From: Pristiophorus japonicus
Taxonomy: Eukaryota
NCBI RefSeq assembly: GCF_044704955.1
Contig: NC_091993.1
Span: 33,914,001-33,978,000, forward strand
Direction: 5' to 3'
DNA: 64,000 nt
Below the pieces are notes generated by a model. The model searched no databases. It worked only from the letters and a program-made list of their open reading frames with translations, and was not told the origin of the DNA. The translations under genes and the position numbers were made by a program. Of the stretch, positions 40,990-52,334 are shown piece after piece. How positions within the stretch are numbered: position 1 is the first letter of the stretch; the number at the start of each line of letters is the position of its first letter.

Positions 40990-41400
40990 TGCAGAGCGAG
41001 GGGAGGGCAGGCCGGTTTAAGGTGCGTCTCTCGATGATGCAGGGAGCAGCTGGAGTGACTGGCCTTGGCGCTGGTCCATCTCCACATTGCAACAACAGTG
41101 AGTGACAGCTGGGGGCGGGGCTTCTGTGCAGTGCGCTGTGCAGCCTGGGAGTTGCGGCCTCGTTGGCTGGCGACCAAGCCCCCAATTACGCGGTCGGCCC
41201 CGGCCCCGATGAGAAAGGCGTGGCTCCGGGGCATTCCGCTCACACTGACTGGCCCGGGCATCCAGCGGCCCTTTCCTGCTGCGCCTCGCGTAGTCCTGAG
41301 GGTAACGGTGGCCCGCTGGGGAGCGCAGAGCGGCGGCGGGGAGAGCAACATGCCGAAACATTCCAGAGAAACCCGGCTGGTAGGGAGCGGGGAAGTTTCT
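40990..41400 (+). promoter_or_regulatory. CpG island/promoter of the C15orf40 homolog, with a GC box
   Basis: CpG-rich sequence; GGGGCGGGG at 41112-41120. Confidence 0.65.
41209..41379 (+). CDS. C15orf40: C15orf40 homolog exon 1 (alternative start at 41350)
   Basis: MRKAWLRG...[13 protein letters not shown], then a GTAGGG donor at 41380; phase 0 matches exon 2. Confidence 0.7.
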
Positions 41401-44400
41401 ACAGACAAATGGACAGAATTTACAATCTGTAACACCATCAATCTCTGCCCTATTAACAATCTGATGTATTCAACCTTTGTTCCATTTATAATAAGAACTG
41501 CCTATGTAAACATGTCACGCTGTAATGACACCCTCTCACCAGTGGAGGTGGTGCAGCGTGACCTGTTTACATCGGCAGTTTCTATTATAACTGTAGAGAC
41601 AGGAATTTATCATAGACAACTAAACATTCGGGTATGGGGGCTAAATTACATACGTCACCCCAAGTCCCGCTCACCCATCACCCCTGTGCTCGCTGACATA
41701 CATTTGTTCCTAGTCACCTCAAATTTGAAATACTCATCCTTGTGTTCAAATTCATTCATGGCCTCACTCCTTCCTATCTCTGTGACATCCAAGATAGCGG
41801 CGTTCCTGTAATTTTGGCCTCTTGAGCATCCCCGATTTCCTTCGCCCCACCGTTGACGGCTGTGATTTCAGCTGTCTCGGCCCTAAGCTCTGGAATTCCC
41901 TCCCTAAACACCTCTGTCTGTCTCTCTCCACCTTTAAGATGCTCCTTAAAATCTACTTTTTTGATCAAGCTTTTGGTCACCTGCCCTTGTATCTCCTTAT
42001 GTGGCTCGGTGTCAATTTTGTTGGATATTGCTCCTGTGAAGTGCCTTGGGATGTTTTACTATGTTAAAGGCGCAATATCAATGCAAGTTATTGATTTATG
42101 CGTATCCTGGTCCAATTACCTCTAGCCCTCTAACTGCTTCACCTGAAGATTTACACTTAGTCTTTATTTCCAATTGTTGATTGCAAGAGATTGACGAGTA
42201 ATATTAAAACTGAATTTGACTTATTTGATAAAACAATCGGCTTAATTATAAATAGAATTGTGGAATGCAGTTCCTCAGACACCAGTAAAGACCTATGTAA
42301 AGCAAACAGACTTCTCTTTAGTTACTGTAGAATAGTGACCCTGGTTATAAACATTCTGGTGTTGCATGTTGGTAATTTAAAAATAATACTGTACCTTTTA
42401 ATTTTGAATCTAAAAGTCTGATGCTCACAATCTGAGAGCATTGCGTTAGCAAAACGTATTGGTCAGATCACCTGTAGTACCTGGAGCAACTGGTCCCTGG
42501 AGTTATTGCTGCAGCATCTAAACCAGGAGTTGGCAGATGGGCCGAGGCCGGGAAATCTGTAACAGAGAGAGAGAGAGAGACTTGAAAGAAACGTACCTCC
42601 CACACCAGCTGTTGAGGGCACAATAGTTGAAATAATTTGTGTAACAATGTGAGATGTGTTTTCCTAGTGCCATGCCCTTGGGACAAGACTTGGCAAAAGG
42701 TGGTAACCTGGTTAGACTTTACTATAGATTGTTTGACCACTGTTTCAAAATGTAATATGTCTAATTTCAGTTAGAACCCGTATAATTTGCAGAGCGGTGA
42801 CTTATCCCACCAGTTTGGGTGTGGTGACTGATTCCACCACCAGGTGGAGGCACACTTTGTAATGACTAATAATTAAACCTTATTTTGTCTCAGAATAAAG
42901 TGAAAGTTAAGGATTCTGAAAAACCAGCAGCGGCACCTCAGGGACCTGTGAAGGTTGATAAAAGTGGTTCCGTTGTGGTGGCCATTCATGCTAAACCTGG
43001 AGCTAAACTAAATGCCATAACAGGTAAGCAGTATGGAATAAATCGCTCCCAATATTCACATTACACATCTGCATAACAGCTGCAGAAAAGATCCTGTGTC
43101 ACTGGCCTATACTGTCATGGGCAGGGTGCATCAGATGGTCTCCCCTCAGTGTTGTACCTCTATATTGTCACCAGAAAGCTGATTTTATAGCACTCGAATG
43201 AAAACAGAAAGACTTTAATTTCTATAGCGCCTTTCACAGCCACCGGATATCCCAAGGCATTTACAGCCAATTAAATACTTTTGAAGTGTAGTCACTGTTG
43301 TTATGTAGGAAACGCCACCAATTTGCGCACAGCAAGATCCCACAAACAGCAATACGATAATCACTAGTTTTAGTGATGTTTATTGAGGGATAAATATCGG
43401 GGCCCAGGACACTGGGGATAATTCCTCTGCTCTTCTTCCAAATAGTGCCATGGGAACTTTTACGTCCACCTGTGAGAGCAGACGGGGCCCCAGTTTAATG
43501 TCTCCTTCCAAAGACGGCATCTCCCTCAGCACGGCACTAGAGTGTCAGCCTAGATTTTTGTGCTTGAACCCACAACCTTCTGACTCCGAGGTGATGGTGC
43601 TGCCCATTGAGCCACTTTCAAGTGCAAAGGTAACCCGCTCAGTTTGTATTGTACAGAGTAAGAGTCAAGCTGGAGTAGCTGCTAAACTCTGCTCTTTACA
43701 TTTCATGCTCTGTAACACAATGTTGAAACTTGTTCGAGTTACGTTGTTGTGGTTTGTGATCTCGTCAGAACCTAAGAAATAGGAGCAGGAGTAGGCCACA
43801 CGGCCCCTCGAGCCTGCTCTTCCATTTAATACGATCATGGCTGATCCGACCATGGACTCAGCTCCACTTCCCTGCCCGCTCCCCATAACCCCTTATTCCC
43901 TTATCGTTTAAGAAACTGTCTATCTCTGTCTTAAATTTATTCAATGTCCCAGCTTCCACAGCTCTCTGGGGCAGCGAATTCCACAGATTTACAACCCTCG
44001 TGAGAGAAGAAAGTTCTCCTCATCTGTTTTAAATGGGCGGCCCCTTATTCTAAGATCATGCCCTCTAGTTCTAGTCTCCCCTATCAGTGGAAACATCCTC
44101 TCTGCATCCACCTTGTCAAGCCCCCTCATAATCTTAAAAGTTTCGATAAAATCACCTCTCATTCTTCTGAATTCCAATGAGTAGAGGCCCAACCTACTCA
44201 ACCTTTCCTCATAAGTCAACCCCCTCATCTCCGGAATCAGCCTAGTGAACCTTCTCTGAACAAAGCAAGTATATCCTTTTGTAAATATGGAAACCAAAAC
44301 TGCACGCAGTATTCCAGGTATGGCCTCACCAATACCTTATACAGCTGTAGCAAGACTTCCCTGCTTTGATACTCGATCCCCTTTGCAATAAAGGCCAAGA

Positions 44401-47379
44401 TTCCACTGGCTTTCCTGATCACTTGCTGTACCTGCATACTAACCTTTTGTGTTTCATGCACAAGCACCTCCAGGTCCTGCTGTACTGTAGCACTTTGCAA
44501 TCTTTCTCCATTTAAATAATAACTTGCTCTTTGACTTTTTTCTGCCAAAGTACATGACCTCACACTTTCCAACATTATACTCCATCTGTCAAATTTTTGC
44601 CCGCTCACTTAGCCTGTCTATGTCCTTTTGCAGATTTTTTGTGTCCTCCTCACACATTGCTTTTCCTCCCATCTTTGTATCATCAGCAAACTTGGCTACG
44701 TTACACTCGGTCCCTTCTTCCAAGTCGTTAATATAAGATTATAAATAGTTGGAGTACCAGCATCGAATATATTAAAACCACGCAGCACTTCCCAGCACAA
44801 ATCCCTGTCTGCTGATAAACGGGTGTGTACTAGTGATGGTGACTCATGAGTGCCTGGTGTTCCGTAGATATGTCGGAAGAGGCAGTGGGTGTGGCCATCG
44901 CAGCCCCTCCGTCTGACGGCGAGGCCAATGCAGAGCTGGTTCGCTACCTGGCCCAGGTGTTGGAATTAAAGAAAAGTGAAGTTGTTCTGGATAAGGTATG
45001 TTGTCAGCTCGGGGACAGTCTATGTCCAGGCTTTGCCGAGGGGACTCTGTACCTGACTGCTAGATGGTTTCCTGTGATGATTTAACCCGTGTTTGGCCCC
45101 CTCCGCTTGTGGTGAAGCACCATCCCATTTGCCACGTGTCTCGGTGTGAGATTTGGGGGGGGGGGGGAGCTCCCTGTGTGATGGATGGCCGATCGGGGTT
45201 GGGGGGGAGCTCCCCATGTGATTGTCGGACAATTAGGGGCTCCCCGTGTGATGGACGGACGATCGGGGGGAGGGGGGGACCCCGTGTGATGGACGGACGA
45301 TCGGGGGGAGGGGGGGACCCCGTGTGATGGACGGACGATCGGGGGGAGGGGGGGACCCCGTGTGATGGACGGACGATCGGGGGGAGGGGGGGACCCCGTG
45401 TGATGGACGGACGATCGGGGGGAGGGGGGCACCTCGTGTGATGGATGGACGATCGGGGGGAGGGGGGGACCCCGTATGATGGACGGACGATCGGGGGGAG
45501 GGGGGGACCCCGTGTGATGGACGGACGATCGGGGGGAGGGGGGGACCCCGTGTGATGGATGGACGATCATGCCGTTACATTGTGGCCCATTGTGCTGTCA
45601 CTCTCAGTAAATCTAACCGGATATATTGTAATAGAACCAGGCAATGAACCTATTTGTGAGTTTCTCCCCCACACGCACATTCCGAGGTCTCCCTGTGTCA
45701 TGAACCCACTCTGAACAGGAGGCTGGAACGGTGACCTCGTTCCCTGATCTTCCCTGTCAGTAAAAACTGAAACTGCTGGAAATGCATAGCCGATTCTCCA
45801 AACAGAGAAACAAGAGAAAACTGGTTGACGTCAGCAACTCGAGGGAATTTGTTGATTTTTGCACCAAATTCCCTGACCTCCACATTCCTCTAATGACACA
45901 GGCCGACTTTGGACACTTAGAATCACACAGCACAGAAGGAGGCCAATCGGCCCATCGTGTCCGTGTTGGCTCTTTGGTAATTAGTCCCACTCCCCTGCTC
46001 TTGCCTCACAGCCCTGTCATTTTTCCCCTTCAAGTATTTATCCAATTCCCGTTTGAAAGTTGCTGTCGAATCTGCTTCCACCACCCTTTCAGGCAGCACG
46101 TTCCCGATCACAATAACTCGCTGACCTCGACTTGTGGGCGTAAGCATCCTTCCCCTCCCCTCCCCCCCCCCCCCCCCCCCCCAGCACAAACAGTCCATCT
46201 GGTGGCTGCGGTGTGTGTCAGGATCAGGGGGTTTGTTGAAACACCTTTTTTTTATCCTTTGTTCTTTTAAGATTGCACAGAATGTACAACACAGAAACAG
46301 GCCATTGGGCCCACGGTCTGTGCCGGTGTTTATGCTCCACACCAGCCCCCTCCCATCCCTCTCCATCTCACCCCATCACCATATCCTTCTATTCCTTTCT
46401 CCCTCATGTGTTTATCCAGCTTCCCCTTAAATACATTGATACTATTTGCCTCAACCCTCCCTGTGGCAGTGAGTTCCACATTCTCACCGCTCTCTGGGGA
46501 AAGAAGTTTCTCCTGAGTTCCCCATTGGATTGATCGGTGACTGTCTGGTATTGGTGGCCCTCGTTCTGGTCTCCCCCACAGTGGAAACAGCTTCTCCTCA
46601 TCTACCCTAACAAACCTTTTCATAATCTTAAAGACCTTGATCAGGTCACCCCTCGGCCTTCTCCTTTCTAAAGAAACGAGCCCCGGCCTGTTCAGTCTTC
46701 CCTCATAGGCATAGCCTCTCAGTTCTGGTTTAGTCTTTGTAAATTGGCTTCAATAAGCTGCCTGTGAGCGCTTGGCTGTTCACTGACCCTCCCACTTACC
46801 TGTTCCGGCACACTGACTGGGCTCTGTGTCTGCAGAAATGCATCTCCGTCACCGTGTGGCCACACACCACCTCTGTCTTTCGATTGTCTGTGGGGGGGGG
46901 GGGTCTAGGAACAAGGTGTTTGATCCCAAAGAGTGAGCAGGATGGTGAAACAAGGGAAGTGGTGGTTAGTTTAGGAGAGGCATGCATCTTATATGCAGGT
47001 TATATGTTTCTAAATGTGCATTGCTGCTAATGACTGAAAGTTGTCGGGTGCCTTTCAGAACGGCATCTGCACTCGATTGGAAGAAAGGAGAGGGCGGCCT
47101 AATTCGACCTTACATTCGACTTATTTAATTTTCTCTGGATGTCGAGGTCAATACTTGGTGCGATTTCTTGTCTTTTTTTCACTGCACTATTTGTTTAAGT
47201 AGCTGGTAGCTTACTGTTCCGTGATAACCGATTCTTGGCTTTCCTCCTGCACAATGCTGTTCCCGAACTCTTGACCTTTGAAGGGTTGCAGATCGCGGGA
47301 GAAGGTGGTGAAGATTTTGGCCTCGTTGACCCCAGAAGAGGTGCACAAAAGACTCAAAACCGCAGCTACCGCAAGCTAG
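41209..47379 (+). CDS. C15orf40: UPF0235 protein C15orf40 homolog (DUF167/YggU family), spliced CDS span, 4 exons; 174 aa from ATG 41209 or 127 aa from ATG 41350
   Basis: Exons 41209/41350-41379, 42894-43023, 44868-44995 and 47284-47379 splice in phase; motifs [37 protein letters not shown] and [10 protein letters not shown]. Confidence 0.92.
41655..42090 (+). mobile_element. L2-clade LINE 3' fragment
   Basis: [20 protein letters not shown] and [11 protein letters not shown]-terminal motifs, then the tail GTGAAGTGCCTTGGGATG...AAAGGCGCAATATCAATGCAAG. Confidence 0.75.
42894..43023 (+). CDS. C15orf40: C15orf40 homolog exon 2
   Basis: [43 protein letters not shown]; GTAAG donor. Confidence 0.93.
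43210..43615 (-). mobile_element. DeuSINE
   Basis: Reverse complement of head, body and tail. Confidence 0.75.
43768..44760 (-). mobile_element. 5'-truncated CR1 LINE
   Basis: [20 protein letters not shown] and the CR1 tail. Confidence 0.9.
44868..44995 (+). CDS. C15orf40: C15orf40 homolog exon 3
   Basis: [43 protein letters not shown], 128 nt. Confidence 0.95.
45170..45570. repeat. 38-bp G-rich minisatellite (CCCGTGTGATGGACGGACGATCGGGGGGAGGGGGGGAC), about 10 units
   Basis: Directly visible tandem units in C15orf40 intron 3. Confidence 0.9.
45920..46740 (-). mobile_element. Two CR1 3' fragments (about 45920-46120 and 46270-46740)
   Basis: [17 protein letters not shown] and FKRELDKYL motifs, and GGGCC..ATGGCC tails. 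Confidence 0.7.
47284..47379 (+). CDS. C15orf40: C15orf40 homolog exon 4 (last)
   Basis: [31 protein letters not shown]; not shown in the ORF track, read manually. Confidence 0.93.
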   Translation, partial: GCRSREKVVKILASLTPEEVHKRLKTAATAS

Positions 47380-47989
47380 TGCGAGGAGCAAGGCCCTGGG
47401 GCCCGAGGAGCGACCTTGCCGATAACCTTGGTACCAGAATATTACATTAAAACTTCAGTGTTTAAAGGAAGTGTACAGGAGATCACTGAACAATGTGTCT
47501 CATCGGTTGTTGCCTTCAAAGAACCTTGGCTAGCTGTCACACTGCCCATCAAATCCCAATGTAAACCATTCCAGGTACAGCTGACTTGTCAGTTTATATA
47601 TTTAGAACTAGTGATTGAGAACTGCTCCTGACTGTACATGAATTCTTCCGTTGCTATGGGTGACTCTGTGAAACTCATCTAGACAGACTTCAATTCTGTC
47701 TGCATTGCATCATTTTAAAATACCATTTGTGTTAAGATCAACAGTGGGTTTGGATGTTCCGTCCCTGGTCCCATCTGCCTGATCCAGATGTACATTACAT
47801 AGAATATAAGCCATTCAACCCAACCAGTCCATGTCTCCATGTTAAAGATCCCGTGGCAGTATAAGAGCAGGGAGTTCTCTCCTGGCCAAAATTCCATCCT
47901 CAACTAATTTTCCACAAAAAACAGATTAACAGTACGATGATCTCATTGCTTTTGGCCTGACATTATTGATGCAGAATGACTGTGGTTTA

Positions 47990-48385
47990 CATAAGAATTA
48001 GGATCAGGAGTTGGCCATTCGGCCCCTCGAGCCTGCTCCACCATTCAATAAGATCATGGCTGATCTCCTACCTCAACTCCACTTTCCCGCACTATCCACA
48101 TATTCCTTGATTCCTTTAGTAGCTGAAAATCTATCGACCTCTGTCTTGAATATACTCAACGACTGAGCCTCCACAGCCCTCTGGGGCAGAGAATTCCAAA
48201 GATTCACCACCCTCTGAGTGAAGAAATTCCTCCTCATCTCAGTCCTAAATGGCCGACCCATTATCTTGAGACTGTGACCCCTGGTTCTAGACTCCCCAGC
48301 CCAGGGGAAACATCCTCCGCATCTACCCCGTCGAGCCCTGTAAGAATTGTGTATGTTTCAATGATCACCCTTCATTCTTCGAAAC
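47990..48385 (-). mobile_element. CR1 LINE 3' fragment
   Basis: [25 protein letters not shown] plus tail. Confidence 0.85.
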
Positions 48386-48928
48386 TCTGTCCTGTGGTTT
48401 CTGCCTCCATGACAAGTTACTGCTCTTCAAGTAATCTGTTGTGGCGTTTAAATGTGATAACGCATTATATGAGTGCAAGTATTTTCTTCTATAAGCATTG
48501 ATGTGTTGGGGAATTGAGAGTATGCCTACTGATTAGAGGACAAGCTACAGGAATCATTGACTGAGAATGCTCAGCCTCAGGCCAGCTCGAGGGGAAGGAA
48601 TCACAGGACTAAATTAGAAACCAGTTGAAATCGCAGGATTGTCTTGGGGCTGTTAATTCACTTAATCTTATCATCATCTGGTGAATATAATTAACCTTTT
48701 ACTCTGTACAGTAGGATTTGGCAGCTTTCACTAAATATTTAATAAAGCAGCTTTAGTCTGTGAGTCCCAGTCATTGCAGTGTTACTTTGTCAATTACTGT
48801 AGGCCGTGCATTCAGCTCGGACAGTGATGTCTGGGGAACAATCGCTGAGATTTGAGAGTTCATCGGTCAGTATTAGTGCAGACTTTAACTTCATCAGCAC
48901 AGAGTTTAAAAATGTGTGGCTGTTGTTT

Positions 48929-49267
48929 TCATGTCTTTATACTCTTGCCCTGAGAATATTGTGAAGCAGTGGAAAGGTTCGGAGGCTGATTAACAGTCTG
49001 GCAGGGTGGCATTGTCGTTTTTGTATCTCTGCGTTCTTTTCTTGAGGAAGACTGTGAACCGGTGACAGATTCACGGGCTGACAGGCCATGACGTAACGCT
49101 CCTTCTCTGGCCGTGACCATCTTTACACCAAGTGCTTAGTCCTACACAGCAAGAGAGTTTATGGCAGTCCATCAGAAGAATCAATATCAGCAGGAAACGG
49201 TATAATCCTGCCTCAGTGTTGAGATCTGTGATGTTGTGGTCTGACTTGCTGCAGTTGCTGGCAGTAC
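48929..49267 (-). pseudogene. Candidate decayed stalk/transmembrane/tail exon of an unidentified membrane protein
   Basis: A CTACAG acceptor is followed by STASNCSKSDHNITDLNTEAGLYRFLLILILLM. It needs a frameshift and two stops to continue; inference only. Confidence 0.25.
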
Positions 49268-49769
49268 CTGTAGATGAGGCCAGAGTCACACTGAAGAACT
49301 GGGAGCTAAGTCCAGGATCAGGATCGGAGAGCAGGGACTGTAACAGAGACTAATAATGTCTCCGAACAGCTGCAGGCAAAGGTCACCCTCGGATCAGTGA
49401 CATAGAGACAGCAAATGAGCCGGTTAATCTCACTGTATGTGTGACAGAATGGAAATAAATGACTTTTGTTTGAACTGCGTTCTGCATGTAAGAGTCTCCA
49501 GCCGGAGCCTTGTGCTGGTTTCCTGGGCAGCTCGATCTCCCTTTACTTTCCAAGTTGTACAGTCACACTGGACTCCGCTGTTAATAGCAGAGATTTGTTT
49601 AAGGTGAAGTTGGACAAACAGCTGAGGGAGAAAGGAATAGAAGAATATGCTGATAGGGTCGGAGGAGGTTCGTGTGAAGGATAAACACCAGCACAGACCT
49701 GTTGGGCCGAATGGCCTGTGTAATTCGATTGCTCAATCGTGCCCGAGTTTACTTTACAGTCTGCAGCGC

Positions 49770-49990
49770 GGTTCCATGTAAAAGATCCCGTGAGCCTGTT
49801 TGAGGAGCAGTAGGAGAGTTCTCCCCAGTGTCCTGGGCCAACATTCCTCAACCAACACCATCAAAATAACACACATTGTCTGTTCCCGCATCTCATTGCA
49901 GTGCACATACTGTCTGCACTGACTGCAATTCAAAACTACTTCATTGGCTGTAAAGCACTTTGGGACTTCCTGAGGTCATGAAATGCAAGT
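49770..49990 (+). mobile_element. DeuSINE body and tail (partial)
   Basis: GTAAAAGATCCC...TGTCCTGGGCCAAC...CTTCATTGGCTGTAAAGC. Confidence 0.65.
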
Positions 49991-49994
49991 TCTC

Positions 49995-50510
49995 TGACTG
50001 ACACCGGCCTGGTCTCTCTCGCTGACCGACACCGCTGGTCACTCTCGCTGACCGACACCGGCCTGGTCTCTCGCTGACTGACACCGGCCTGGTCTCTCTC
50101 GCTGACCGACACCGGCCTGGTCTCTCGCTGACCGACACCGGCCTGGTCTCTCGCTGACCGACACCGGCCTGGTCTCTTTCGCTGACCGACACCGGCCTGG
50201 TCTCTCTCGCTGACCGACACCGGCCTGGTCTCTCTCGCTGACCGACACCGGCCTGGTCTCTCTCGCTGACCGACACCGGCCTGGTCTCTCTCGCTGACCG
50301 ACACCGGCCTGGTCTCTCTCGCTGACCGACACCGGCCTGGTCTCTCTCGCTGACCGACACCGGCCTGGAGTCTCTCGCTGACCGACACCGGCCTGGTCTC
50401 TCTCGCTGACCGACACCGGCCTGGTCTCTCTCGCTGACCGACACCGGCCTGGAGTCTCTCGCTGACCGACACCGGCCTGGTCTCTCGCTGACCGACACCG
50501 GTCTGGAGTC
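49995..50510. repeat. 28-30-bp minisatellite (CTCGCTGACCGACACCGGCCTGGTCTCT[CT]), about 17-18 units
   Basis: Directly visible; units are nearly identical. Confidence 0.92.
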
Positions 50511-50549
50511 ACAGCGATCCTCAGTGAGTGCGATGCTTAATCTGTTTTT

Positions 50550-50800
50550 GTAAGGAATGAAAATAAGAAACACGTCTACACACAAAGGGTGACAGAGGTT
50601 TGGAACTCTCTTCTGCAAACAGCAATTGATGCTGGGTCAATTTTTAATTTTTAATCTGAGATTGGTAGTTTTTTGTTAACCAAAGGTATTGAGGAATGTG
50701 GGGCATGGCCAATATGGAGTTAGGTCGCAGATCAGCCATGATCTCATTGACTGGAGGAACAGGCTTGAGGGGCTCACAATGGACTCCTCATGTTCCTGTG
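50550..50800 (+). mobile_element. CR1 3' fragment (old)
   Basis: GATCAGCCATGATCTCATTGA...CAGGCTTGAGGGGC tail. Confidence 0.65.
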
Positions 50801-51197
50801 ATATCTACCCCTCTGTAAAGATCTATCTCCACAGGGCCAATCACAACTGGTTTTATCAAATCTATTATAAATGTAATTGTGTAAAACACTCCCTGTTAAC
50901 AGACAAAACATTGACGGTAATTTTGTGATACATTGTACTTTATCTTATAAGTGAATTCTCCGACAATTTCAAAGCAATTTTAACAAATTAAATGTTCAGA
51001 CACTATATCGTCTTTCCCTCCCGAGTGGGCTGTAAAACAGCTCGGGTTAATCATTGCTGGAGCGTTTGCTGTAAATACATAGTTGCACAATCTTTGTTTG
51101 AAGGCTGACTTAGAAATAACAATATCTAACCACTAAAGGACAAAGAGGTCTTGGGTAGATGGAAAACGAGGCCATTACGTGATTAATGCTCACTCAC

Positions 51198-51395
51198 TAG
51201 TTCCTGCAATCTGGCTGCAGATTAAAGGTTTCAGTCCCGTGGAGCCGGGAGCCAAAGTTACGTTGGTGTTTCAGAGGTCGCTGTCACAGCAGAGAGCCCT
51301 CAGGGCTCATCTGTTGCCTTGGCAACCACAACCAGTCAATACTTGGGATGTTGCCAAGTTGGAACGTTTAACTTGCAGAGAAATGTCATGGTCAG
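51198..51395 (-). pseudogene. Candidate decayed exon with a CCxxDx(C)N cysteine box (Ly6/uPAR or TGF-beta receptor ectodomain-like)
   Basis: 198-nt phase 1-1 reading ...GCGCQGNR*ALRALCCDSDL*NTNVTLAPGS...; strong GTGAGT donor at 51197, weak acceptor. Confidence 0.3.
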
Positions 51396-51519
51396 CTGTA
51401 GATCATACTCCAACTCAAACTCTAATCAGCTAAGATTTAATTCAATGGTGAAAGGCCTCCTCTTCTGCTCTGATTCATGTCGTGGACAGTGTTGAAGTCT
51501 CCTAGTAGAAGGTTGATGG

Positions 51520-51860
51520 GTGAGAAGGTTGAGGTGTTTAAAGTGATAGAGGGATTCGATAGGATAGAATGAGAGAAACTCTTTCCTCTGGTGGGAGAGT
51601 CTGGAACAACCTTAACATTTAGAGCCAGGCTGTTCAGGAGTGAAATCAACAAGCACTTCACACACCGTTGGAAATCTGGACTCTCCTCCCAAAAGGCTGT
51701 GAATACTGGGGGCCAATGGAAATTTTCAAGAGTGAATTCAATCTATTTTAACTGGGTAAAGGTATCAGTGTAAATGGAGCTGAGGTGCAGATCAGCCATG
51801 AACTAATTGAATAGTGAAGCAAGCTCAAGGGGCTGAATGGTCTCCTGCTGTCCCTGTGTA
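51520..51860 (+). mobile_element. CR1 3' fragment (old)
   Basis: EVFKVIEGFDR...LFPL motif and CR1 tail. Confidence 0.65.
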
Positions 51861-52334
51861 ATTTAAACACCAGATGTAGCATTTCCAATAATTGTACAAC
51901 CACGAAACAGGAAGAAAGCACTTAACCGATGTAGTGCTGAGAAATGGCAGCCAATATCCATCCTTCCCGCAACAAACTTACAATCGGATTATTTGCTTCA
52001 GAGGGTGCTTTACAGGCCAAAGGGCTTCTGAACACAGACTCTTGACCCATTTCACGGTCAGCTTTAACTCATGGAGAACAGCTCACGTTCTAGTTCAGTC
52101 TGTTGTGTGGAACAGCTGAATTTGACCCCACCTTCTTGAGAACGTTCTCCGTTGTAATTAACTGGCTTAGATTGTGTGGCAAAGTGTTTTGCAGGTGCGG
52201 CTTGCATTCCGATCACATCTTAAACAATCGTGAAGACTCAGCCAAGTGCTAAAAGTGTGAGGTGCAAGTAAATGTGCTGGGGAGGTCCACTTTTAGATTG
52301 TCACAAACCCTTTGCATATTCTGTAGGTTGTTTC

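Noticed and set aside
41380-41811. 248-aa ORF 41065-41811 as a single-exon gene
   Set aside because: It is C15orf40 exon 1 reading through its donor into intron and L2-derived sequence
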